Part shown: positions 25,707 through 34,841 of the stretch, piece after piece
Layout of the letters: every line of letters starts with the position of its first letter
Position numbering within the stretch: position 1 is the stretch's first letter
Assembly (NCBI GenBank): GCA_036676795.1
Contig: JAKFCC010000121.1
Span: forward strand, 28,813 to 92,812
Reading direction: 5' to 3'
Source: Gemmatimonadota bacterium
GTDB lineage: Bacteria; Gemmatimonadota; Gemmatimonadetes; Gemmatimonadales; Gemmatimonadaceae
Length of the DNA: 64,000 nucleotides
Made by a program: the position numbers and the translations under genes
The notes under the pieces: model-generated
What the model was told of the DNA's origin: nothing
Database searches by the model: none
Seen by the model: only the letters and a program-made list of their open reading frames with translations

Positions 25707-27718
25707 CGGGCCGTCTGCGACGCGCGCTGAAAATGTCTCCCCTGGCTCTCGCGCGCCGGCTGGTAAGGGAGACCCAGATTGCTGCAGAGGACGCGCAGCG
25801 GCGCAGCGCCGACGTCGTGTCGCCCACCTATTCGCGGCACACAGCCGGGCTGGTCGGCTCACTGCTCGCGGGCATCCAACCCGTTGAGCGGAGTAGCCTC
25901 GATTCGCGCGCGGTGCATCTGTATTGCGAGAACAGGTTCGATCTCCTGGGATCGGGCTGGACATCGGTGCGCTACGGAATGGAATGCCCGGGAATGGGAG
26001 GAATCGTCTTTCCACCGGCAGTTCCCGAAATCAGGCACGCAGATACTGCGCTCCTCAGTGATCTGGTGAACAAGGCGAACCTGCGCGAAGCGAGCAGGCT
26101 CTGGTCTCTGCTTCCGCCGGAATACGAGCCGATCGACTGGCAGCTGGATTTCAGGTCCGGTTACAGATGGGACGCGCGAACGTGGTACCGTGATATCGAG
26201 TTCGGTAAAATCCGCGGCGCCGACATAAAGCTTCCATGGGAACTTTCCCGTCTTCAGCACCTGCCACAGATGGCCCTCGAATACGGAAATTCAGGGTCTC
26301 CGGAATTGCGGTTCGCTTACAGGAATCAGATTCTGGACTGGCTTGCAACAAATCCCCCGCGCTATGGTGCCAACTGGTATTCCACAATGGATGTCGCCAT
26401 TCGTGCCGCCAACCTGCTGGTGTCGCACGACCTGTTTCGCGCGTATGGTGCCAGGTTCGACGACGAATTCAATTCAGTGTTTTTCCGGAGCATTCGCGAG
26501 CACGCCATCCACATTCTCGAGAACCTGGAATGGTCCGAGACACTGCGGGCGAATCACTACCTGGCCAACATCGCAGGGCTGATTTTCTGCGCCGCATACC
26601 TGCCGCAGTCCGACGAGACCGATGCGTGGCTCGCTTTCGGAGAGGCAGAACTCAAGACTGCCGTTACAGAGCAGTTTGGCGAAGACGGGTCCAATTTCGA
26701 AGCTTCTACCTGTTATCACCGACTCTCGGCAGAAATGGTCGTTTTCGCTTCGGCGGTCCTCTCGAGGACGGTGCGGCGCCTGCCGCCGGGAGGGCACGAG
26801 ACAGTTGCATTCATGCGCGAGCGGACTGCGGCCATGGCACGGTTTGCGGCGCTGGTGACCAAGCCGAATGGCAATGTGTGGCAGGTGGGCGACAACGACA
26901 GTGGACGTTTCTTCAAGCTGGCCCCTGCCTGGATCGGAAACGATGTAGGAGGGCCTGGTGAGAATCATCTCGATCACTCCCACATCCAGCTCGCCGTGGC
27001 GTCGCTCTCCGGAAACGAGACGGCCGGGGACGCCGACAGCGCGGTGGTGGCAGCGCTGACAGGAGAGGGCGAGAATCATTTCTCACCGGGAGAATCTTCG
27101 GCAGCAGCGGATGGCGACTTCGCTGACGGACACTTTGATGCCATCCCGCAGCCAGCTTCGCGGCGGACGCGGACCATAGAAGTTCCGCAGTCGCTGCTGA
27201 AGGATGTCCGTGCAAGAGCGTCAATTCCGTTCGGGCTTTTCATCTACAGTGGTAGTCAGTTTTTTCTCGGCATTCGCTGCGGCCCCGTAGGTCAGAACGG
27301 AATCGGAGGGCACGCGCACGCTGATCAGCTGTCGATCGAGCTCCAGGTCGCCGGCGAAGACGTGATCTCGGATCCCGGCACTTACGTGTACACACCGCTG
27401 CCTGAAATGCGCAACCTGTACCGCAGCACTTCCGCGCATTCCTCTCCCCAGGCAATTGGACTGGACCAGGCATCGCTCGAGGAAGGCCTGTTTCGTCTTG
27501 CCGATCCGTGCGAGGCTCGGTGTCTGTCTTTCAGCAGCGACAGGTTCGTAGGAGAAATTCGTCGCGGCGCCAGGGTGGTGCGGCGCGAGGTGACCATCTC
27601 CGGTGGGAAGGTGGAAATAACGGACATGGCGTGGGGGTGCGAACTTGGACCGGAGGAACCGGTCGAAGTCGCCTTTTCTCCCGGTTACGGGATTCAGGAA
27701 GGAGCGCATACGAAGTGA
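25703..27718 (+). CDS. Heparinase II/III-like (alginate-lyase-fold) protein
   Basis: IKLPWELSRLQHLPQMAL, NWYSTMDVAIRAANLL, ANHYLANIAGL, EASTCYHRLSAEM and GHAHADQLSIEL. No obvious signal peptide. TTG 25703 or ATG 25733 as start. Confidence 0.75.
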   Translation: MTGRLRRALKMSPLALARRLVRETQIAAEDAQRRSADVVSPTYSRHTAGLVGSLLAGIQPVERSSLDSRAVHLYCENRFDLLGSGWTSVRYGMECPGMGGIVFPPAVPEIRHADTALLSDLVNKANLREASRLWSLLPPEYEPIDWQLDFRSGYRWDARTWYRDIEFGKIRGADIKLPWELSRLQHLPQMALEYGNSGSPELRFAYRNQILDWLATNPPRYGANWYSTMDVAIRAANLLVSHDLFRAYGARFDDEFNSVFFRSIREHAIHILENLEWSETLRANHYLANIAGLIFCAAYLPQSDETDAWLAFGEAELKTAVTEQFGEDGSNFEASTCYHRLSAEMVVFASAVLSRTVRRLPPGGHETVAFMRERTAAMARFAALVTKPNGNVWQVGDNDSGRFFKLAPAWIGNDVGGPGENHLDHSHIQLAVASLSGNETAGDADSAVVAALTGEGENHFSPGESSAAADGDFADGHFDAIPQPASRRTRTIEVPQSLLKDVRARASIPFGLFIYSGSQFFLGIRCGPVGQNGIGGHAHADQLSIELQVAGEDVISDPGTYVYTPLPEMRNLYRSTSAHSSPQAIGLDQASLEEGLFRLADPCEARCLSFSSDRFVGEIRRGARVVRREVTISGGKVEITDMAWGCELGPEEPVEVAFSPGYGIQEGAHTK

Positions 27719-28992
27719 AGATGTTGATCATTTCGCACAGCTACGCTCCCTCCCGGAATGCCCGCGCATTTCGCTGGGCAGCACTCGCCGAGCACTGGGC
27801 GGCGGCCGGGCATGAGGTGCAGGTGGTTACCGCCCCGATTCCGGGTTTGCCTGCCCGGGAAGTTGTGAATGGCGTCCGGGTGCACCGAATTGGCGGGAAG
27901 ACAATGGAAGCGGTGAGGGCACGACACACAGGCTCTGCTCCATCGCGCCTGAAACAGGTCTTGAAGTTTCTGCACGACGTCACGTGGAAGAGGCTGTACT
28001 GGCCGGACTACAGTGCACTGTGGATTCGGCCTGCCCTCAGGCACGCGCGCGCACTGCTCCAGGAAGACGCGAACCAGGTGCTTATCTCCGTTTCCGTTCC
28101 GTTCTCGTCACACGTCATCGCGTACTTCCTGAAGCGAAGGTTTCCCGGCGTTCCCTGGATTGTGGACATCGGCGATCCGTTCGCATTCATGGTGGAAAGC
28201 CCGACGAACAATCACGCGCTGTACGGAAGCCTTAACTTCGCCGTCGAGCACAGAGTGCTCGACAGCGCGAATCAGGTTTCGGTGACTACCGAGGCGACAA
28301 TGCGGCGCTACCTTGCGACCTTTCCCTCCGTCAGCGGCCGGATCCACGAAATTCCTCCGCTCGTTGACGTTCCGGCAATGGAAGGCGCTGGTACGACGGA
28401 GGATGGCCCTCACCGGCTCGTGTACCTGGGGACCATGTACCGGAATGTGCGCGGACCGGAAGGACTCCTTGCCCTGTTTCACCGGATGCTGGAAAAGTCG
28501 CCGACGCCGATCGAGCTGCATCTGTACGGGAACCATTCTGCCTACTCCGACATTTTTGAGTCGCTTCCAGTTAAACTGCGACAAAATGTTAAACTGCATG
28601 GCATGGTAGACCGGCAGGACGCACGCGCCGCGATGGAGTCGGCAACTGCACTGATCAATATCGGCAACGACACGACGTACCAGCTTCCCAGCAAGCTGGT
28701 TGAATACGCAGCGTTCTCAAAACCAATCATCAACGTAGTGTCCAGGCAGAATGACAGTTCCATCGCATTTCTTCGATGCCATCCGTGCGTCCTAAACGTC
28801 GTAGGCGCCGATGCCGACAGCGACGCCATGGCCGAGACGGCCCTCGCATTCATCGCTGAAAAACGCTCCCGCTCGGATTGCGCTGTCGACAGGGAATGGC
28901 TGCGCGGCTTTTCGCTGCCCGCAATTGCGAGTGCGTATGAGTCGATGATTCATCGCGCACAGGATTCGGCGCTTCGGGGGAAGCGAGCATGA
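27715..28992 (+). CDS. Glycosyltransferase, GT-B / GT4-like
   Basis: MLIISHSYAPSRNARAFRWAALAEHWAAAGHEVQVVT. GTG 27715 (GTGA overlap) or ATG 27721 as start. Confidence 0.65.
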   Translation: MKMLIISHSYAPSRNARAFRWAALAEHWAAAGHEVQVVTAPIPGLPAREVVNGVRVHRIGGKTMEAVRARHTGSAPSRLKQVLKFLHDVTWKRLYWPDYSALWIRPALRHARALLQEDANQVLISVSVPFSSHVIAYFLKRRFPGVPWIVDIGDPFAFMVESPTNNHALYGSLNFAVEHRVLDSANQVSVTTEATMRRYLATFPSVSGRIHEIPPLVDVPAMEGAGTTEDGPHRLVYLGTMYRNVRGPEGLLALFHRMLEKSPTPIELHLYGNHSAYSDIFESLPVKLRQNVKLHGMVDRQDARAAMESATALINIGNDTTYQLPSKLVEYAAFSKPIINVVSRQNDSSIAFLRCHPCVLNVVGADADSDAMAETALAFIAEKRSRSDCAVDREWLRGFSLPAIASAYESMIHRAQDSALRGKRA

Positions 28993-30374
28993 GCCGCTGG
29001 AATGTGACGCGATTGCCGGAGCCTGCCGACTCGAAGGTCCCGCTCGGTGCGAGCGTGCTGCGCGCTTTTACCATCCTCTTCTTCATGTCGTCGCTGGCAG
29101 CGTACAACTTCGGGCCGGTGCCCATCCCGTGGATGGGTCAGGCCGGTTTCGTTGCGGCCGCAGTTGGATTGATCCTGTACGTGGGGAAAATCAGAATCGT
29201 GCCCGGGGCCGGATGGCTGCTGTTCTTCCTCGGGTGGGCATTTCTGCTTAATACCCTGAACGCGGGTGAGTTCTCGAACCTCATGCCCCCGCTCGCGACA
29301 CTGCCATATCCGCTCTTCATTGCCGTGAGATATGTCAACGTTCTTTCGTTCGCTGGGGCCTTCTATCTGACATACTGGCTGCTCCAGTCGGGGTATCAGA
29401 AAGAATTCGTTCGCGCCATCATCGTCGTGGGTCTTATAGCATGCGCGGGCGCCGGATATGTGTACATCGCGCAGATCGTCGGTCTTCCGGAGCTGCCGCG
29501 GACCCGTCTCGGTACCGCTGGAGGACAGCAGGCAACGTCCTTCAGTTCAGGCATGTTCAGTTATCGCCGCGCGCTCGGCACATTCCGCGAGCCGAGCCAC
29601 CTTGCTGAGTGGCTGCTGCTGCCTTTCTTCATCAGCTTCCTGCGGCGCGACCGTTTTGGGAAGATCGCCCGAACCGCAATCGGCGGTACACTGCTGCTCA
29701 CTGTCTCTCTCACTGCATTCTTTGCCAGCGCGCTGGGAGCCGGCATTGCCATGCTGCTCACGAACCCATTCAACCGCCGGTATGCGAAGCTGGTGGGTGG
29801 ATCAGTGCTCGTAGCAGGCGGACTCTTTGTGGCGTTGCAGAATGTCGTCGTGGGCGCCGGAGTCGATGGCTCCACTCTGGCTGCAGTCGTGACAGGCCGG
29901 ATCGGTGCCACCCTGGGCGGAGGGTTCGCCAAGACCGACCGTGCATATGTGTACGAGTTGATGTCGGAGCACCCGGTCCCAATGCTGGGCTATGGATTTG
30001 GAAACGCGAACCTGTACGGCTCGAATCTCACGCAGAACACAGCCGTCATGTCCTTTCTCAGTCTTTACGTGAATACCCTTTACGCCACCGGGGTGCTCGG
30101 CTTCATCACGCTCCTGATCTTTCTGTTCCGGCCAATTGTTCAGTACCTTCGAAGTCGACCTCGACGCCAGGGCGTGGAGGTTCCATTGCTCGTGATGGTT
30201 TACTTCGCATACCTCGTGGCTTTTGCCGTGAGTTCCGAAGAGCTGTCCACTCCGTTCGCAATCGCGTCGGGAATGCTGACGTACCAGGCGGCTGAACTGG
30301 CGCGTCGGTATCGCGCGTCGGTCGCAGCTGCCAGGGCATCCAGTCCGGGAGTTACTCCGCTGCGCGCTACATGA
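28989..30374 (+). CDS. O-antigen ligase / Wzy_C-family polytopic membrane protein (candidate polymerase)
   Basis: About 10 or more hydrophobic segments. Wzy_C-like loop RRALGTFREPSHLAEWLLLPFF. ATGA overlap. Confidence 0.65.
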   Translation: MSRWNVTRLPEPADSKVPLGASVLRAFTILFFMSSLAAYNFGPVPIPWMGQAGFVAAAVGLILYVGKIRIVPGAGWLLFFLGWAFLLNTLNAGEFSNLMPPLATLPYPLFIAVRYVNVLSFAGAFYLTYWLLQSGYQKEFVRAIIVVGLIACAGAGYVYIAQIVGLPELPRTRLGTAGGQQATSFSSGMFSYRRALGTFREPSHLAEWLLLPFFISFLRRDRFGKIARTAIGGTLLLTVSLTAFFASALGAGIAMLLTNPFNRRYAKLVGGSVLVAGGLFVALQNVVVGAGVDGSTLAAVVTGRIGATLGGGFAKTDRAYVYELMSEHPVPMLGYGFGNANLYGSNLTQNTAVMSFLSLYVNTLYATGVLGFITLLIFLFRPIVQYLRSRPRRQGVEVPLLVMVYFAYLVAFAVSSEELSTPFAIASGMLTYQAAELARRYRASVAAARASSPGVTPLRAT

Positions 30375-31576
30375 CCGCGATCACGAAGAAGCGCTCACGC
30401 CCCGTGATCCTCACCTTTGCAGATTACTATCTGCCGGGCTACCGAGCCGGCGGCCCCATCCGCGCGATATCCAATCTGGTCGAGGCCCTGGCCGATGATT
30501 TTGCGTTTCACATAGTCACCCGGGACCGTGACCTTGGTGACGACGAGCCATATCCTGGAGTGGAAGCTGATGAATGGACCGACGTGGGATCAGCAAAAGT
30601 GCGGTATGTCGCTCGTGAAAACATGTCCTTCATGTCCATGCTGGAACTGCTGCAAACGCATCCATATCACGCGATCTATCTGAACAGTTTTTTCTCTATT
30701 CTTTCGATCAGAGTCCTGGTGCTGCGGCTGCTTGGATTGATCCCATCCGTGCCGGTAATACTGGCTCCGCGAGGAGAGTTTTCTCCGGGTGCGCTGCAGT
30801 TCAAGGGATCCCGCAAGAAGCTTTATATAGCTGTTGCGAAGCTGGCGAATCTTTGCCGCGACATTATCTGGCAGGCATCGAGCGCCCATGAGGCCGATGA
30901 TATAGCTGCCGTTTGGCCAAGCCGGGGACGCAAACCGGCCCAGATTGAAACAACTTCCGAACTGCTGTCGCAGAAGCCCAGCCCGCTTGGATCACGCAAG
31001 CCGAAAGAGCCGGGCATTCTCCACGCCGCCATCGTCCTGCGAATATCCAACAAGAAGAATCTCGATGGAGCGCTGCGGCTGCTTCGCGGCGTTCGGGGAC
31101 AAATGACATGGTCGGTGTACGGCCCAATCGAGGATCCGGAGTACTGGAATCTTTGTCAGCGGCTTGCCGCGGGGCTTCCGCCCAACGTTCGCATGATCTA
31201 TCACGGGGCGATCAACAACGACAAGGTTGGGGAAGTGCTCGCGAAGAAGGATCTCTTTTTCTTCCCGACATTTGGCGAGAACTTCGGGCATGCGATCATC
31301 GAGGCACTGGAAGCGGGCTGCCCTGTGCTTATCAGTGACCAGACGCCCTGGCGCAACCTGGAGACGTACGGTGTGGGGTGGGATCTTCCACTGGATGCAC
31401 CCGAGAAGTTTCACGCGGTCCTCGAAAAGCTCATTGCGATGGATGATGCCGAGCATCGGGTGCTGTGTGCAAACGCGGTCGCATATGTCAATCAGGTGGT
31501 GAGGGATCCTGTCGTGGTTGACAGCAACAGGAGCTTCTTCCTGCGTGCGCTGGGAAGGGAGGCGCCCGCATCGTGA
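30371..31576 (+). CDS. Glycosyltransferase family 4
   Basis: ILTFADYYLPGYRAGGPIRAISNLVEAL. C-terminal FFFPTFGENFGHAIIEALEAGCPVLISD. Confidence 0.75.
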   Translation: MTAITKKRSRPVILTFADYYLPGYRAGGPIRAISNLVEALADDFAFHIVTRDRDLGDDEPYPGVEADEWTDVGSAKVRYVARENMSFMSMLELLQTHPYHAIYLNSFFSILSIRVLVLRLLGLIPSVPVILAPRGEFSPGALQFKGSRKKLYIAVAKLANLCRDIIWQASSAHEADDIAAVWPSRGRKPAQIETTSELLSQKPSPLGSRKPKEPGILHAAIVLRISNKKNLDGALRLLRGVRGQMTWSVYGPIEDPEYWNLCQRLAAGLPPNVRMIYHGAINNDKVGEVLAKKDLFFFPTFGENFGHAIIEALEAGCPVLISDQTPWRNLETYGVGWDLPLDAPEKFHAVLEKLIAMDDAEHRVLCANAVAYVNQVVRDPVVVDSNRSFFLRALGREAPAS

Positions 31577-32853
31577 TGAACAAACTGCGAGCCAGACGGC
31601 GTGAGCGGCAGCGCGTGCTGGTCCTCACGCTGCACTACAAGCCGGAACCCAACTTCATCACGACCGATGTTGCGGAAGCCCTTGCTGCCAAGGGGGCAAA
31701 AGTCACGGTTGTGACCGTGCATCCGAACTATCCCACAGGTCGTTTCTATGAGGGCTCCAGGCCCTGGCGCATCTCACGCACGGTCGAGAATGGCGTGGTT
31801 GTTTGGCGTCTCCCGTATTACACGGACCATAGTCTTTCGGCTGTCAAAAGGTCACTGTCCTATCTAAGCTTCACGCTCATCGCGGGCCTCTTTGCTCCCC
31901 TGGTTGCTGGACGTCCGACCACCGTCTGGGTGTATCACGGACCGTTCATGACCGGGATTGCCGGGCTCTTTTTCAGGTGGGCCTATCGCTCGCGAATGAT
32001 TTTCACCGCAGCTGACCTGTGGCCCGAGAGCTTCGTTGCATCCGATGTGAAGCTGCCGGCTGCGCTCATGCGCGCGCTCTTCTCCTACAGCCGCTGGATC
32101 AACAGGCGGGCGGATCTACTGATTTGCGCGACCCGCGGAACAGTTGAACGTTACCGCCATGACGGCGTTCCACCGCAGAAGCTCGAGTATGTGCCTGTCT
32201 GGGTGGAAGGCGTTGGCGAAGTAGTCCCGGATGTACAATCCGGCCGGTCCGGCACCCCCAACATCGTGTACGCGGGCAACCTGGGTGCGGCGCAGCCACT
32301 CGAAACCGTTGTGCGGGCCGCTTCCATCCTCAACAAGGAAGGAACGAAGGTCACCATCGAGATATATGGAAGCGGAAACAAGGAAGATGAACTTCGTGAG
32401 CTCGCGGAGTCGGAGGGCGCCGTCAATGTCCGGTTCCACGGACGTGTCCCGCCTCGGAAGGCCTTCGAGGTTTCCAGTCGGGCAACCGCGCAAGTGGTTC
32501 TCCTGCGGCCTTCGCCCATGTTCCGGATGTCCGTTCCTTCCAAGCTATCTTTCGCCTTCGCTGCTGCATCGCCCCTGCTTTTCGGCCTCGAAGGCGAGTC
32601 CGCGAGAATTGCAGCAGAGACCGGCGGTGGAATTCCATTTGATGCCGAGGACCCCGAATCGCTGGCCGCAGCAATCCGCAGGCTTCTCGCACTCACATAC
32701 ACCGAACGCGATACCATGAGACAAAAGCTCAGGGCCTACTATGAAGAGGGCTTCGCACGTGAGACCCTGATCCAGCGGTATGTGCGCCTGTTCAGGCGGG
32801 TGGATCGCGAGAGTGCTCAGCCTGATGATGCGGCATCGAGGTCCGTTCCATGA
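31573..32853 (+). CDS. Glycosyltransferase family 4, WbuB-like (6-deoxy-L-HexNAc transferase type)
   Basis: VLVLTLHYKPEPNFITTDVAEALAAKGAKVTVVTVHPNYPTGRFY resembles the WbuB N-terminus. Sits next to the L-HexNAc pathway genes. Confidence 0.6.
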   Translation: MMNKLRARRRERQRVLVLTLHYKPEPNFITTDVAEALAAKGAKVTVVTVHPNYPTGRFYEGSRPWRISRTVENGVVVWRLPYYTDHSLSAVKRSLSYLSFTLIAGLFAPLVAGRPTTVWVYHGPFMTGIAGLFFRWAYRSRMIFTAADLWPESFVASDVKLPAALMRALFSYSRWINRRADLLICATRGTVERYRHDGVPPQKLEYVPVWVEGVGEVVPDVQSGRSGTPNIVYAGNLGAAQPLETVVRAASILNKEGTKVTIEIYGSGNKEDELRELAESEGAVNVRFHGRVPPRKAFEVSSRATAQVVLLRPSPMFRMSVPSKLSFAFAAASPLLFGLEGESARIAAETGGGIPFDAEDPESLAAAIRRLLALTYTERDTMRQKLRAYYEEGFARETLIQRYVRLFRRVDRESAQPDDAASRSVP

Positions 32854-33770
32854 CGTCGCCCCGGATCATGGTAGTGGGTGTCACGGGAATGCTGGGACAC
32901 AAGATGTGGCAAACGCTGTCCAGTCAGTTTGATGACGTGTATGGGACCATGCGGGCGCGACAGGGTGATTCCGCCTGGGACCGGTACGATTTCCTGCGAT
33001 CACCCAAGATCATCGATGGCATTGATGCGATGGACAGCGGGCAACTGCTCCAGGTCGTCAGGGATCTCAAGCCCGGGGTGATCGTAAACTGCATTGGCGC
33101 CATCAAGCAGCGCCCCTCCGCCGAAGATCCAATCATAAGCATCGGCCTCAACTCCATGCTTCCTCATCGACTGGCCGCTGAGGCCTCGAACTGGGGCGGG
33201 CGCCTCATTCATTTCAGCACGGACTGCGTCTTTAGTGGACGGAAGGGTGACTACACGGAGAGCGACCCATCCGATGCGGAGGACCTGTATGGCAAATCCA
33301 AACATCTGGGCGAGCTAATCCGGGGCGACGCCCTGGTGCTTCGCACCTCGATAATCGGTCGTGAGCTGACCCACCACGCTTCACTCCTGGACTGGTTTCT
33401 TCTGGGGGGCCATACGACAGTGCAGGGGTTCACCCGGGCATTCTGGTCGGGCGTGACTACCAATCATTTGGCGCATTTAACGGGTGAAATAATTGCCAAA
33501 TTTGGGTATCTTAAAGGGCTATATCACGTTTCCAGCGGCAAGGTCTCGAAGTTCGATTTGCTGACGATGGCGAAGGAAGCCTACGGACTGCATGTCCAGA
33601 TTGAACGAAACGATTCGTTCTTCTGCGATCGAAGCATCCGCGGCGAGGCGTTGGAAGGTGCCATCGGATATCGATGCCCGGAGTGGTCCACGTTGTTCGA
33701 TGAGCTTCTGAACGACCCAACTCCGTACCCAGGTATTCCCGGCGGCGAGGCAGTTTCCCGAAAAGGTTAG
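32850..33770 (+). CDS. RmlD-like SDR reductase (WbvR/FnlB-type C4 reductase of UDP-6-deoxy-L-HexNAc pathways)
   Basis: IMVVGVTGMLGHKMW Rossmann motif and catalytic YGKSK. RmlD_sub_bind-like length of 306 aa. Confidence 0.65.
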   Translation: MTSPRIMVVGVTGMLGHKMWQTLSSQFDDVYGTMRARQGDSAWDRYDFLRSPKIIDGIDAMDSGQLLQVVRDLKPGVIVNCIGAIKQRPSAEDPIISIGLNSMLPHRLAAEASNWGGRLIHFSTDCVFSGRKGDYTESDPSDAEDLYGKSKHLGELIRGDALVLRTSIIGRELTHHASLLDWFLLGGHTTVQGFTRAFWSGVTTNHLAHLTGEIIAKFGYLKGLYHVSSGKVSKFDLLTMAKEAYGLHVQIERNDSFFCDRSIRGEALEGAIGYRCPEWSTLFDELLNDPTPYPGIPGGEAVSRKG

Positions 33771-33776
33771 GAGAAG

Positions 33777-34841
33777 ATGAAGGATCTAAAGGACAAACGA
33801 ATTCTTGTAACAGGCGGCACCGGCACTATCGGCAAGGTGCTCGTGCGTCGCCTTTTGAGTGGCGAACTGGGCATGCCGTCGAAGGTGATCGTCTTTTCGC
33901 GCGACGAAGCCAAGCAGCATTTCATGCGCGTCGAATACCAGAAGCGCCCGGCAGCCACCGACGAAATCATCTACCACAATTTCGAGCGGCGGCTGGAATT
34001 CCGCATCGGCGACGTTCGTGACTACCACCAGATGGTTTCGGTGCTTCGCGACGTGGATGTGGTCGTCAACGCGGCTGCAATGAAACAGGTTCCGACCTGC
34101 GAGTATTTTCCATTCGAGGCAGTTCGGACGAATGTCGATGGCGCAGAGAATATCGTTCGCGCGATTCAGGAGCACGACCTCCATGTGGAGACTGTGGTCG
34201 GGGTTTCAACCGACAAGGCGTGCAAGCCCGTCAATACGATGGGAATGACGAAGGCGCTCCAGGAGAGAATCTTCATCCAGGGCAACATGCGCTGCCGCAA
34301 TACGCGCTTCGTGTGTGTCCGGTATGGCAACGTGCTGGCATCGCGCGGGTCGGTGATTCCGCTCTTCATCGAACAGATCCGCCTGGGAGGTCCGCTTACC
34401 ATCACGACCACCGAGATGACGCGCTTTCTCCTGAGCCTGGAGGAGGCAGTGGATACGGTTTTCGCGGCCATCACCGAGGCCAAGCGGGGCGAAACCTATG
34501 TCCCGCGCGCGCCTGCGGCGAAGATGATCGATGTCGCAATGGCGCTCATCGGCGACCGGAACCTGAGCACGATCGTTACGGGGATTCGGCCGGGTGAGAA
34601 GATCCACGAGATCATGGTCAGCGAGGAGGAAGCCTTTCGGACTGTTGAGCGTGGCCGCTGGTACGCGATTCTTCCGATGCTTCCGGAAATCTGCGGCGAC
34701 AGAGTGGGCTCAGGCTGCCTGACCGGGGAGTACAGCTCACATCATCATGTCATGACGTATGACGAAACCGTCGCGATGCTCAAGATGCGCAGGTTGATGC
34801 CCGAAGACGTTTCGGTTGCCGGCGGTGAGCTCGTAGCTTGA
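33777..34841 (+). CDS. UDP-N-acetylglucosamine 4,6-dehydratase/5-epimerase (CapE/FnlA/WbvB, Polysacc_synt_2 family)
   Basis: ILVTGGTGTIGKVLVRRLL...AAAMKQVPTCEYFPFEAVRTNVDGAENIV...GVSTDKA. Confidence 0.8.
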   Translation: MKDLKDKRILVTGGTGTIGKVLVRRLLSGELGMPSKVIVFSRDEAKQHFMRVEYQKRPAATDEIIYHNFERRLEFRIGDVRDYHQMVSVLRDVDVVVNAAAMKQVPTCEYFPFEAVRTNVDGAENIVRAIQEHDLHVETVVGVSTDKACKPVNTMGMTKALQERIFIQGNMRCRNTRFVCVRYGNVLASRGSVIPLFIEQIRLGGPLTITTTEMTRFLLSLEEAVDTVFAAITEAKRGETYVPRAPAAKMIDVAMALIGDRNLSTIVTGIRPGEKIHEIMVSEEEAFRTVERGRWYAILPMLPEICGDRVGSGCLTGEYSSHHHVMTYDETVAMLKMRRLMPEDVSVAGGELVA

